64,000 nucleotides of DNA from Bugula neritina (taxonomy: Eukaryota; Animalia; Bryozoa), in assembly GCA_964035545.1 (NCBI GenBank), contig OZ037765.1, positions 28,147,504-28,211,503 on the forward strand, written 5' to 3'. Under the pieces are notes generated by a model, which was given only the letters and a program-made list of their open reading frames with translations, searched no databases and was not told the DNA's origin. The position numbers were made by a program, and so were the translations under genes. Positions 12,593 to 25,728 of this stretch are shown piece by piece; the first letter of the stretch is position 1, and each line of letters starts with the position of its first letter.

Positions 12593-15500
12593 TCACCGGC
12601 ACCCACAAGTTTCAACTATAATGTTGTCATAATTTTTCATAGCTACAACTTTATCATTTTGGTGATATAGAATACTCATTCTCTGAAGCTTTTGCGGTAC
12701 ACAGCAAGGTGCTTTTACTTTATCAGGGAAATAGTAGTTTGAGACAGACTGCAGGACTGCATGGTTGCTTGTAGTCAGTGTACTTGTGAGAGGAAAAGGA
12801 CATTGGCCATCACAGTAATTTGCGTTTAGCCCTGCCGGGGCAACTATCCACTTGCCCCATCCTAGTGCTCTGAAGCTGACGTAGAGAGGCTTCATTTGGC
12901 AGTAGTTATTGATCCTTCTCGTTGCCTCTATGGCCAAGTTATCTCCGTCATTTAGACGCCGTCTTTGCCTCGTGCTGTCATCTTCCCAGTCATCGTCATA
13001 GACTTCTTCCGACTCCTCTTCGTCATCCTGGTCAACCTGCGTCTGACCTCCATTAAGCAGGCTCCTTCGCTGCCTCATGATAATAGTTGTACATTCTTCC
13101 ATACTGTCTTGCTGACTATTAAACTGAACCCTGCACTGCTCCTGCATCTGCTGTTCCCTACGAACATCTTCATTCAAAAAGTTTTCTACCAAAAAATCAA
13201 TGTTAGTTCTTTGCTTTCGTTTTAATTTGTTGCTCTTTTTTCTTTCTAAAAAATAAAAGTAGCCTATCTTGAAACATATAATATAATATACAAGCAGAAA
13301 TAACTTCGTTGTATTTACAAGTATCAAACACTAAATAACAAAAATAAAATTTAATTTCCTTTTTATCACATACCTTGATCAGTATACACAACAAATACAG
13401 GTTGTCGGTTTCTTGGATGTTCTCCTCTTTGCACAAAGTCAATATGGCTGCCATTCACATGGTTCTCATCAGGATCTGTAGCAGTCACCAGCAAGCCTAA
13501 AAAATAGGAAAATAAATTGTTTAAATTTCACCTATAGTTTTTGAAACCTTCTACCATAGTATCTAGTTATATGCATGTATGGGTTTACTGAAGTTCTTTC
13601 TCTATAATAATATATTACTTGAACTACGTATCAGCATGGTTCTTACTTTGAACTATACTAAATAATTAAACCACGGGTGATTCTTAACAAAACGCTTTGG
13701 CGAACTTTTATTTTATATAAGAGAGGTTGATTTCCTCACCACCCTTGATACCACAACCTTAAAAACTTTAAAAGCTTGAGAAAACAAATTATAGATAAAA
13801 TGGTTGCTTTTCCAATATTGTATAAACAACTGATCAGAGCATAAACAAATTAGCTAAAACTGTAGCCAAAGATCTTAGCTAAAAGTATAATGTTATAAAT
13901 GATAGACAGCATGCCTACTATAATTAACTGTTTTATTAACCAGAAATTATGTCTACAGCAAGGATCTGCTTAGGCTGGGCTGAAAAATGCCAACATTAAA
14001 TTAGCCTCAACTGATACCACATAATTTTATGTTCTATATAGATTAAACTATTACTTGGACTGGATGCTTGGAGGGTATTAGAAGTCTGCATAATTACAGT
14101 TTAACTTGATTTTTAGATTTATCTTCTTTCGAGTTAAACTATTAGGTAATTGTTTATTCTGAAATATATTTTGCTAAAGTTTCGGTAGATGCTGACCTTT
14201 GTTTGTGGAAGGATTCCTAATCCAGTCTTTAGCAAGATCCTTGAGGTTTCCCTTAAATATAACCCATTCCGAAGAGTACGCACTGACTTGTTGGCGCTGT
14301 ATCAGCGTAGCCCCAGCACTGACTTGTCCAGAAGAATCATATAAAGTATCTTCATCTGTTATTTTGTACAAGCTCACCTGTTGAAATTAGAACTAACGAA
14401 ATAAGTTTGCAATTGTTATAATGAAAAAAGTAGAGCGGTTCTGAGGATTGTAGTAAATTTAGATAAATTAATTGTTTTCTAGTGCTATAGGGCATGTGAC
14501 CGGAAATTAAAATCTAAAGTGTGTCATTAAGAATATACAGCATAGTCTGCATTGATGTTTTATTTTTAACAGCAGTTGTTTGCAAATGCAACATTCAGCC
14601 TTATACCATGCACAAAAAAGACGCCAGTGAACTGCAAATTGCTAGCAATAAAACAAAGCTGCTCTCATTAACTAACACTTACTCATTTGGCACCAGAAGG
14701 AAGTAGCCTAATGGATAGGCAATCTATAGATTCGCACTAGCTGCAACGCCTGCTGCCAATGTAATGTTTGTTTTGTTTTGATTCATTGTACACACCAAAC
14801 ATGTATGTTTCACAAACTTAGGCTTAAATATTTGCTGAAGAATGGGCAAATGACGTGCATTCAATCAAAAATTTTGTGGGATGTACTGAGCACCACAACA
14901 ATAAAATACTTTCAGCTAAGTTCATGGACGAGTTCCAATTTATCTAAAGATGTTCCTGTAGCGTAGCTGTCACTTACCGTGACTCTGTGAGAACCAGCCG
15001 GTACATTTGGGGGTCTGATAGCCCGTCTTTTGTAAATGTGAAAGTATGCCTCAATTATGTCTTCCGTTTCATTAACTGATGAAGTGTTGAACCAGAATTG
15101 CATTCTCCTTTCATTTTCTGCAAACGTTATGTGTATAATTAATTAAAATTAAATATTGCTTTTGTGTGTGGAACAATGGCGTTGAACTTGATGAGATGAA
15201 AATGCAGTTTTTGAGTGGGTCAGAGTTCCCAGCCTGTTACCGCATTCTCAATCCTCTAGAATATAGAGCTAATAGATCTATGCCACTCTCAGATTATAAG
15301 TATGTAGGACAGCTGATCATAGTGCTTATCTGTGTGTGGGTAATACTCCCAGCTGCACATTCCTGTTATGTAAAGAAATTCAGGTGTGACAATCCAACAT
15401 CTTTTTACATTTCAAGTGTCTACTGACATACATGTCACAATACAGCCAGACAGGTGCACTCCATACGCACATCGCACATGCAAATACAAACATAATTCTA

Positions 15501-18500
15501 AGGCTTAGGATTTGGGCACTTAGAGAACCTCCCACAATATTAATCTTTATTAAACAGTGAGAGTATAGGCTATATGGAAACCTACCAAGTGCACTGTTGA
15601 TATCCAGTCTAAAATTGCACATGTTGAATCTAACAAGTGCCGTGTTGGTACAAAAAACATATATATATCTTCCAAATACCAAATAGAAGTGACAAACGTG
15701 CAAAAAGTAGTTCACATTGGAAGGTGGCAAAGTTTGTTTATCTGATGCGTTTAGAGTCTAGTATTACACTATTATCCATAGATTATCTGTGGATTAAGTA
15801 GGCTAGGGAGTGTAACATGCACTGCACATAATCAGGATGCCAGCAATGCCTTCCTTAAAATTGAAAATCTAATTTACTAGAATAAATTGTTGCGATAGTG
15901 AATTGTTGAGTAATTTTACTATTCAATAGCTCAGGTGCACCTGTTGCTACTCAAGACTCTGTATCATATCTTCTGTTTCATTCATTTCTTTATAATCTTC
16001 AAATTTACTGCCACAAATCCTATAGACTAAAGTTTTGACACCACCGTACTCATAAAACATCTTATTCTCTACAGTTATGCAAGAAATCTGAAGACACTCA
16101 TTACTAATGTAGCATTTTTATTACTAAAGCTGGTAAAAATTCAAGCACATTCTAAACTTGAGAGATTTGATTAAAGTAGAAAGTATTCCCAGGTGTTGAG
16201 TATATTTTCTAACAGCTCTTCAACACTTGGAGTCATTTGCCAACATTGTCATCAATTCAATGATATCAGTAATGGCTAAACATTGTAATAGGTCATCAGG
16301 TTTCAATATTTACACTATCACTCTTCATTTTAATTGAATGAAAGTGTCATTATCATAATTATACTGTACCTATATCAAAGCAAACACGTTTCAATCACAT
16401 CCATTAAAATATTATTTCTTATCATAACACCTTGAGTATATACATTCCTATTTTCTCATTTTCTTTGCTTTAGCAGTTGGAAATTTTATTAACCGAGAGA
16501 AATATGCTACAGTTATGTCACTTATTTGACAGCAGGCTGCTCATTTATAATGCTATGCAATAATAATTTGATAGCTTCAGATAGCTTCAGATAGCTTCAG
16601 ATAGCTTCAGATAGCTTCAGATAGCTTCAGATAGCTAGCAGAGAAACTGCATATAGCGGATGAGCCATTACATCCAGGCTTTTGCATCGAAGCAGCGAAA
16701 GTTAGTAAAAATTGTTCCGTGAAAAAATATTTATGCAGAGTATATTGATCTACTTCCTTAAGCAGGAATAAAGCTTTAAACGGTACAGTTTAGGTAAAAA
16801 GTGAATACCTATAAAAGTCTTGTCATATAATTCATTCATGTATATTTTAAATAATTATTGAAGTAAAAAGTTGGTAGAATAGTGGGACAAATTGTATTTT
16901 AATATAACTGGTGCACATGTTGAGTAGAAATGAATGAATATCCGAGATTATCTATATCAGCCATATTATCCTTATATTAACGTTATTGCTACCATCACAT
17001 AAAATCTGCACAGTTTGACTTCTCTGGAGCAGTTGGATTTACCGCAAGCAATAAAGAATAGGAGTGTGTTGCTAGTTAACATTGTTAAGAACTGAACAGC
17101 AAATATTAACATCTTTATGTTTCATGTAGAATTGCACTGACTAACCATAGAAAAATGGATAGCTAATCAGAGTAATAACTATTCACTAGCATAGACTGAT
17201 ATTGACAACCAAGTTCCGTACTCTACTTATTTGCCCTTGGTGTTTTTTTAATTTGATGCATTAACGTAGAAACTTAATGCATCCAGTCAATTTATCCAAG
17301 AAATACAGGTGTTCCTACAATCCGTTACTGTGTTTTGTGTACACTCAATTATGTTCTAAGAGAGGGGGACAAATAATGAAAAAACACTTCTAGAACAATA
17401 GAAGAATGTTAGTGCTTTACTTAGGCCAATCTTGTTGTCCAGTTGGCATCAAGCCTCATGTTGATTTAAACCACTGTTGACTTATTTTTGTGCAGTTCTC
17501 ACAGCAAAGAGTCAAATCATTAACTAAGCCATAAAATTTCCGTGTTCAAGTAAACTCAAGTTATTGGTTGTCGTGAAGAACTACTGGAAGGCTGTAGATA
17601 ACAACTTGAATGCTGCATCAGCATAAAAAATTTTGTTTCTTGCCAGCAATTATTACCGTCTTATAAGAAAGTGCCAAGTATTTATATATTGAGCTGCCTT
17701 GAATGAAAATAACTAAATTTGCCAACGGATGGCCAATGCAAAAATTAGAACATTGTAACTAATGATATAATTAGAGATATCACAATGGAGATGCAATTGG
17801 TTGTACACAGGCAAACTCTAACTGTGGATTATGTGTATTATTGTATATGATCCTATTGTATATATGAACTCTTGATCTTTTCCACATTGACTAGATTGCT
17901 TTTGCACGTGCTAAGGCTGTTGTTTGATTACATGGACCAATGCCCATTCACACTGTTTGCATGGGTTTTTAAACATATCACCAACAAGTCCAGGTGTTGG
18001 ATTATTTGTACAAAAATAGTTGTTAGCTTGTGCTTTATCTAGATACGCTTATAGGGTGTTGTTAGTAATGGCTCACACTTGGGTTACACTCAAAATTCAA
18101 TATGCTCACGATTCACACTAACTAATGCTGACAGAGCTGAAAATAAGCTGCCAAATTAAATTGACGTCAATTATATGCTAAAGTTCCTTATATAGGCTGC
18201 CACAAACTTTATCTTTTAGTATCTAGCATAATGCCGTAAACATATTATAGAAATTTTTTAAAGAATTGGAAGAGGAAAAATGCTTGAGCGCTGACTAACA
18301 CAAGCTCATAAGTTTAATAAACTGTGACTACTTCTTCAAATAGTGATAGCAGCATAGATTTGTCCCACATCTACCATAACTTATTTTTACCAAAATTTGG
18401 ATGTTCAATTAACTAACTTTTAAATAAACAATAATCACAGAAATAACATAGACAATACTATTATCAGTACACATACCCCAATAGTCTTGAAAGCCTCTTA

Positions 18501-18831
18501 TTAAATCCACGTCAAAAGGAGCAGATCGTTTCTCTCGCCCAGTATCTCTATCTGCTATGAGCTCATAGAGTTTGTTCATTACAAACGGTATATCTGTTCC
18601 TTCATGGTTCAGCTGTGATGAGGTTGGCGCGTCTGTCCGAAACACATATTGCAGAAGTGTTTGCTTGTACAACTCACTTTCTGCATCTGTAGCTATGCCT
18701 TCTTCGCTCTCTCCTGTTAGTTCTTCGCCCCAGATTTCTGCTCTACTTCGAACAGAGTTTCCACTTGATTTTTCAGTGAGAATATAACAGATTGAAAAAA
18801 GGTAACAAAGCTCAGGTAACCCAGTCTTCAT
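12593..18831 (-). CDS. TGF-beta superfamily BMP-class ligand, ADMP-like (~483-aa preproprotein)
   Basis: complement(join(12593..13245,13374..13496,14197..14377,14978..15117,18477..18831)); GT-AG introns, phases 1,0,1,1. Hydrophobic N-terminus; prodomain motifs (MNKLYELIAD...DLIRGFQD; FWFNTSSVNETEDIIEAYFHIYK; GLLVT...RQPVFVVYTD) resemble ADMP prodomains as I recall them; RQRR furin sites; 7-cysteine mature domain CQMKPLYVSFRALGWGKWIVAP...CDGQCPFPL...NHAVLQS...PCCVP...CGCR. Family is certain; ADMP versus ADMP2 versus divergent BMP2/4 needs phylogeny. Confidence 0.92.
15960..16450 (-). mobile_element. Possible highly degenerate LINE endonuclease-region remnant in intron 1 of the TGF-beta gene
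   Basis: Broken minus-strand peptide fragments with a coding-like composition loosely reminiscent of an APE endonuclease; many stops and frameshifts; no decisive motif. Confidence 0.25.
16570..16636. repeat. (GATAGCTTCA)x6.7 decamer tandem repeat
   Basis: Six perfect copies plus a partial copy. Confidence 0.95.
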
Positions 18832-18899
18832 TTTCTATGCCAGTTTTTCAGTAAGTTATGTCTATTGATCAGAAAAAGTTGAATCTAAATAGCTAGTGT

Positions 18900-19040
18900 A
18901 ATCAGACGACATTATATTATAATATACATGTCTCTGGCTTCTGATTGGCTACTCTAGCATTTAACACGTGATTGGCTATTTGATTGGCATTAAGTACAAA
19001 TCTAGTAATTATGATTCAAGAATTAAGAATACCACGTGCA
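18900..19040 (-). promoter_or_regulatory. Proximal promoter of the ADMP-like gene: three CCAAT boxes, two CACGTG E-boxes, AT-rich TATA-like stretch
   Basis: ATTGG at 18944, 18971 and 18983 (CCAAT on the coding strand); CACGTG at 18965-18970 and 19033-19038; TATA-like run at 18912-18926; all within ~210 bp upstream of the ATG at 18831. Confidence 0.5.
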
Positions 19041-21421
19041 AATGGCACAGCTGAGTATGCAGCCTAACTCGGACTATTTAATTACCATTATCATATAATT
19101 ATGGCTAATTATCATTATTGCAGTTACCAGAAAAATGTAAATTAGAGTGTAACTAATTTTCTATCAGAACATACTCATGCCATCAATTGATAAAGATATC
19201 ATCACATTTTAATATGATATAGAAGAGTACTCACGCTAGCATATACCATCAGTATATAACTGAAATTATAAGGCATACTGCTGCAAGCGTCATAAACAAA
19301 AGTTATTGTACTGAGGCATTAAATTAAAACTACCACACGCCATGTTTTTGCTATTAAAACTGCAAATCTAGTAGTTTTTTGTCCTTTCTTTAAATGCAAT
19401 ATTTTTATGGAATTGGTAGAAAAACATTAGGTACTAAGAAGATTCAGCTAACCAATTACCATATTGAAAGCTTCTCTAATTATGACAATCTAAGAGTAAT
19501 AAAAGTAAAATTAGAACCAAATTCAATGTTATATTGTATTAATTTCACTTTGAAAAAATATTTGGCAATCTATTCATTGTGCAACCAGCGATGAGGAAAA
19601 ATTAAAATATGTCGTTCATGCAGCTGGAAGCTTTAATGGCTGGTATCTGTATTGGAAGTCTGCAATGTTTTTGATAGATCTATCTAGTTCATATCGAGTT
19701 ACTCTTTGAAACCATAAAAATGTATCTACTGCTAATCTTTATTTCAGTAACTGCTAAAACGTTGGATATAGTTTAAAAATATGAAACAATAGAACTGTCT
19801 ATGAAACCATATTACCTTAGCCATTTTTTATAAAGTATGCGTTGCAGAAGTTATAGTTGACATTTTTACACAAAAAGACTGTTTGACACCTTGTTGTTGC
19901 TCAATGGGTGCACATCTTTAGGTGAAAGAAACCAACCGTTACTGAAATATTTACTATAGCCTTTGTAGGTGCAAAGGAAGATTATTGAATGCTAAATCTA
20001 CATCTTTGGGCAAGTTTCCAAATGTCTTTTGTAAACCTAATTTGCCAAGTTTCGTTGAAGTCAACAAGTATGCTGATGGAGTCAAAGTTTCCAACACATG
20101 TGTCAAGTTAATTTGAATTAGGGTTCTTTTAGAATTTAGATGATTCGTAATATCTTAGTGACTTTGTAGCGCTTCTATCATGTTAGAATGAGCTTGAAGT
20201 TTTACAGCTAAGTCTTCATTTTTTACAGATTTGCTTTAGTATTTTAATTCTCTTTCCTGACTTAAATTTGTTTACTCAAAACAAACATCCTGATAATTAA
20301 ATAAGTAATGCAGAAAGAAGGGTTTAAGAGGATGATCCTTATTTCTAAAGCTGATAATTAGCATCATCTACAGATGGTAAGAATAATCACGTGGTTCTAG
20401 TTCTTATAGTTGTCTCTCTCTTTGCAGACCTTCGCATGCACACACGCAGCATGTGCTTTACAATGTTACTGTAGGCTTTTTGCGATATGCGAAGTATAAA
20501 ATGAGGCCCATGAGAATTTACTGGGTGGTAAACAAAAATATTGTACCATTTGCCAACTGAAGAGTATTTATAGCACCTGAATATTAATTAATTATAAAAT
20601 GTAATATTTTTATGGTTCTATTATTGAGTACAGCTGTTATATAAATTAATCATGGATTAAAATATCAAACCACTGTTTTGCCTGCGTGGTATAACTATTT
20701 ACATATTTTGCAAAATTATAAGGCAGGATAAATAATGCTATATGAATACGTTAGTGATTATATAAACTAATACTATACTACTGCTACTATTAAATATGAA
20801 AAGAAGTTTCATAAATTTATGAGTGATGTTATCTTTATTTCAGAAAAACTCATCTAGTTTGTGTTTCATAACTTTGACAGAAGCATTGCCATTTAATTCT
20901 AATGCTGAAAACACTTGAAAAAATTGTTTAGTGATCAGGCACAAAATGCGTGAGAACCATTTAAGAGAGAGAAATGTTCCGATAAAACCAAAGAAAATAA
21001 ATATGCCAGGAGTAACACATGTGGGGCTTCATATTAGTGTTAAATACATAGCAGCCGCAAATCAAATTTAAAAAATTGCATCAGAAATTAGGAAATACGT
21101 TGGTATTTTTATTGAAATTGGTAAAAGCAAATAAATAAATTACGAAAACCGGCCTTCGTGCATAACTCAAATGAAAACTTTAACAAGAAAGTGCTTGATC
21201 TCAAATAGCCTACATTTTGGAGGTTGTGTAAGATGCACACAAGAGCTGCAACATGCTTTTATGTGCAGCTTGCTTCAAACATAAAGTTCTTTGAGAAAAG
21301 GAGGCAGGCATAAAGTCTATTTATGTTTGAGTTGCAACTGCCAACTGTCATGAAAGGTGCACAAGATCAAATAGCAGGCACACGTGCTATTCAGTACTTA
21401 TATGTACTAGATGCTAGAGTC

Positions 21422-21779
21422 CAGGGCTGTCCAACGGGCGGCCCCAGGGCCTGATGTGGCCCCAGGGCCGGATGTGGCCCCCAGCCTACATTTATGTGGC
21501 TCTCAATGGCATAAAGCTAAAATTATTTTTCACACCTATACATGAATTAAATCGAAAAGCCACTTTTTAAATGCTCTATTTATACAAATAACATAAAACA
21601 TGCAGCCTGCAGTTACTATTGAGACTTAATTGTGTAATGATTCATGGAGTTTTGGAATAAAGCAGTTTGAAAAATTCTGATGCTGTGGCCCCCAGCACAA
21701 GCAGAAGCTTACAATGTGGCCCTCATCATGAAATATTCCATTTCTGTGGTCCTCGGTCTGAATAGGTTGGACATCCCTG
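21422..21779. mobile_element. Non-autonomous hAT (Charlie-type) MITE, 358 bp
   Basis: TIRs CAGGGCTGTCCAAC ... GTTGGACATCCCTG (1 mismatch in 14); several subterminal GTGGCCC/GCGGCCC motifs typical of Charlie-type elements; imperfect 8-bp TSD, TGCTAGA(GT)C on the left versus TGCTAGAC on the right. Confidence 0.85.
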
Positions 21780-21799
21780 TGCTAGACTGTTATAAGCTG

Positions 21800-22570
21800 T
21801 TTCATGAGTATACTCATATGGAGAAATTCTAAAGTGACAAAGTGAACAAGCAGACATATTAGTTGTCATGTTTTAGCAATGAGAATTATGTTGCATTCTT
21901 GTATGGAGGAGATGAAAAACAAAAATGTTCTGTCAGAAGGGAGGTGTAACTCAATGAGGGCAAGTTAAATAGTGACGAGACAAAAATAAAGAATTCAACT
22001 ATGCGTGCTGTGTATAACAAGATTATACATAAGCAATGGAGGGGCTAAGGTGATCAGTATGAATAGAAATTATGAGGACCATGGTGATAGTTATCACCAT
22101 GGTCCTCATAGAAATTTATTAAACCAGAGGTTGCAGGTTAGTAAAGCATTAACAAAGTTTCTAAGAAACTAAAAGCATAGTTCATCTACAAACAGTAATA
22201 CTTGTTGCTACTGTAGGAGTCTTAGCTGAGAAGACTAGGGTTTGTGAGATCTGAGAATATAGCTTTGAGAAACAGAATAAGACAAGAAGCTGATGTACTT
22301 AATATACTATAGACTTGATGAGGCAAGGGCTTGAGTGGTTTGGACAGATGTGGGAGAGGTTGACATCAAGAGAGTGTGTGTGATTTAAGTTGAAGGTCAA
22401 AAGTGCAGAGATGGAAAGATTTGCAACTCGGAGACCCTAGAGAATGCGTAACACAGAGGTAGATGGAGTAGCAGAATTAAGCCTGGTTGCTGGCAAGAAT
22501 ATAGGACAGAGTGAAGGTAAAAGAGATAATAGATTTTATAGAATAACAGTCAGATTAAGAGAAGTTACAA
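21800..22570 (-). mobile_element. Possible degenerate LINE 3' (post-RT) remnant
   Basis: Purine-rich plus strand, i.e. a C/T-rich minus strand with broken Ser/Leu/Pro/His-rich reading typical of LINE ORF2 tails; no intact ORF. Confidence 0.3.
22071..22110. repeat. Perfect 40-bp palindrome (19-bp arms, 2-nt spacer)
   Basis: TATGAGGACCATGGTGATA-GT-TATCACCATGGTCCTCATA; overlapped at both ends by a direct repeat ATAGAAATT (22063-22071, 22108-22116). Confidence 0.9.
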
Positions 22571-24650
22571 CCAAGCAGCTTGATTAATCAATAAAATATG
22601 TGCTTAGTTTATACTTTGATGTCATCATAGGAGTAATATCATTGTAGTTCTATTAGTAAAGCTGAATTTATAGTACAGTTTATGATCAATTAGTATTCAA
22701 TAAAAACAGATGACCTGCAAGCTACAAGGAAGCTCTTATAATAAAAATAGACTATAAAGGTCACACCAAGAACAGTCACTTCAAAATATCGCATTCCAGA
22801 AATGCAAGCTTTGCATTTTTGGCTGAGACAAGTTTCTGTAATGAATACCTCAACATTGACATCAGTAGTTAATAAATTAACTGCGAGTCTTTGATATACT
22901 AAATACATGAAATACACAAATGACAGGAGGGCCAATAGAACACTATCATCACAAAGAAAATGGCTAGAGAAACTAGTGGTGATGGGACAACAAAGAAACC
23001 TCCCAAACTTATGAATGCCTAAATAAAGAGTGAGGCAGATACGGACTCAGTTTTTTTCTTATATTATTGTTGGTTCTAGCAAATATTTATATCACGAGGA
23101 GTTGTCAGTCCTTGCCTGAAAGTTTGCTCTTTTAAATCAAAAATTTAAACCCCTATCTTACCAAAACAAAACAAATTGTTGTAAAATCACGTAATTGTCT
23201 TATTAGCAGTGTGAATACACAGTCATTACACATAATGGGTGCATACTGCAATAAATAGCATTAACTTGTGCTTTTCAAATATGGCATGGAGGACATTTTG
23301 TAGTGTGCATAATTTAGAGTTTATTGCTGATCAGCATTAATGTATTTCAAACACCAAATTCATACTAGCGAACAATAAGCAATATTTTTGCTATATGTCG
23401 GTATAACAAATGGGCTACTGGACACTGAGGAGTGATTATTATTGGTACACCATATTTTATAGCATCTAAAAGTAGACTTGCAAAAACTGCAAAAAACTAC
23501 TAATTAGAAAACATCGGCAGCTCCATTGATCAGCTAGTTTTAACCTTTTTGTTAATATGAATACCATAATTTGTATTGATTTTGATACAAGATTGCAGCT
23601 ATTCGTGACTAATGGCCACAGTAAGAAAACTAGGCCTACCAAGTAAATTGGTGTAAACACAAACTTTATCTTCTGATGAGGCCAAGGTTTTGTGTAAAAT
23701 TAATTGATGGAGAAATTGATTTTGTCGGAGTATCAATTCACACAAATAAGACACAGGCCCACATCAAAACAAGCTCTTTCTTTGAAAAGAATGGCTGCAT
23801 AATTTATATTTTATAAGCTAAAAACCTACACAATAATATAGTGAGCTATATGCCTGAAGAGACCAATTTAGCAGAAAGTATACGTCATACCTTCTGAATC
23901 ATAAACATTTTAAATACAGCTGATTGATCTATTATATAGAAAGCCTAGGTAACTTATAGTTATATGCTTAGAATTTTGGTGAGAAATAAAAGCTTACACT
24001 TTATTTACCTGTCATTTATGTACTTTACCTTTATTAAAGCATAAGCTCATTTAAGACTTCTTTCAAATTATGTTGCCGGCAAGAAAATAAAAGTTAAGCA
24101 TATAAGCAAATGACTTTTAGGAAGTGAACTTTGCATTATTTCCCTCCAATTATTAAGAAAGCAATATTAGAAAACTATTTAAAAAACTATTTAAAAAACT
24201 ATTTAAAAACGTGTTTGATAGAATTGGATGCTAGTAAGAAATCATACCAGAAATTATTGCTCAACAACTTCTAATAGGACTGTCTCAAACAATTACAACT
24301 ATGCAGCATTTTATATTGCGTAACTTAGGGTATGCATGATTTAGCAATTTTAAAAGAAATGATCGTAGTCTATAGTTCAAATTTTCTATCAACAGTGAGT
24401 TTTACATAGAGGCTTTGGAACTATAATCATATACTATTTTGAGATTAATTTAAAGAAAGCTAATTTTCTGCAATAATGAAATGAGATTTGATTATGTTAG
24501 AAACATCTATTAGTATCAGAACATGATGGTGCTAATATAACAATCATTCTATTATTCTAACAAAATTATTATAAAATGCATAGCTACATGTAATTTTATA
24601 CATTTCTATGTCACACACAGGAAACAATAAAAACCTAAAATACAATATGA

Positions 24651-25728
24651 TCAAGATTTGAACATTTTTCTGTACGATTCAAAAGCAGCAAATTTATCTT
24701 TTGGTCTTAGTTGAGGGTTTTTTTTCAATAAAGTGTTTATTTGTTTCCGTGACAAGTTTGTCTCTTCATCTATGATTAATCCTTTTGCATCCATTTCTTT
24801 TCTCTTTTGAGTTGTTGCCTACAAAATCATGTAGCAAAAATTACTCTTAGCATATTAATAAGTAAATCTTCAAACAAAATCCCAAAATATAAAAAAACTT
24901 AGCATTTGACTGTTGTGTGAAATCAAGAAGTTGATAAAAACGTGGAGCAATTGCTTACTTCTAGTGTTTTGAAACATTTCTGAAAGCTGGCTATCTCTTT
25001 AGCACATGGTTGAGATTCGAATGCGTGCTTATCCCAACAAGCTAGCACAGACTGCAGCTCTGCCATGCAGCTGTCTGCAAAACATTTCATATGAGGTAAA
25101 CAGCTGAAGTCAAAGTCCTAGTACTCAAACTGATCAATTTTTAAAACTAAAACTTGAATGATTTAGTAACAGAATTCATATCTGTTGACTATACAAATAT
25201 TGCTGCTACAATTTATAAGCAAATCCAAGAAATATAAAATAAAATTGATGCTTTTTCTCCGACACGATGTGTTTAATAGTTTCAAATACACTACTATTGC
25301 TATTTTCAAAATATAATTTTAAAGTTTGGCCAAATTGTTTTATTTGACTATTTAAAATATAAATAAGATCCAAAGAAGATTGCAATTTACTCTAGAAAGT
25401 CTAAAGAATTATGGCTATAACAGGAACTATAGCAAGGAAAGGTACAAACTGAACAAATAAAAAGGTAGGTTAATAAATCAAAAATATGCTAGGTTTTTAA
25501 ACAGTATTAAACGGTAAACAGCAATAAAGCCTGAGTAAAAACTGGCACAGTATCTCAAAGTTGGAAGGATGCATGAAAATATTTACCATCTGGTTTTTCT
25601 CGCCTGCCACGAACTTTATCTTTTAGTTCAGCTGGAAGCCACTGTCTAAATACCGGTTTTGTTTTTAAATTGATACTTTTTCTTTGGCATGTCTTGATAG
25701 TAAATAAGGCTTCTGTAAGTCTGGGCAT
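24651..25728 (-). CDS. CHCHD1: Coiled-coil-helix-coiled-coil-helix domain protein 1 (mitoribosomal mS37), ~141 aa
   Basis: complement(join(24651..24818,24959..25074,25587..25728)); MPRLTEALF...LPAELKDKVRGRREKPDDSCMAELQSVLACWDKHAFESQPCAKEIASFQKCFKTLE...LSRKQINTLLKKNPQ. Twin CX9C motif plus an LxxxQINxLLxxxP tail match CHCHD1. Not in the ORF track. Confidence 0.88.

Noticed and set aside
19600-20350. LINE reverse transcriptase remnant (KYADGVK-like string near 20070)
   Set aside because: A single weak motif with no supporting neighbouring RT motifs in frame.
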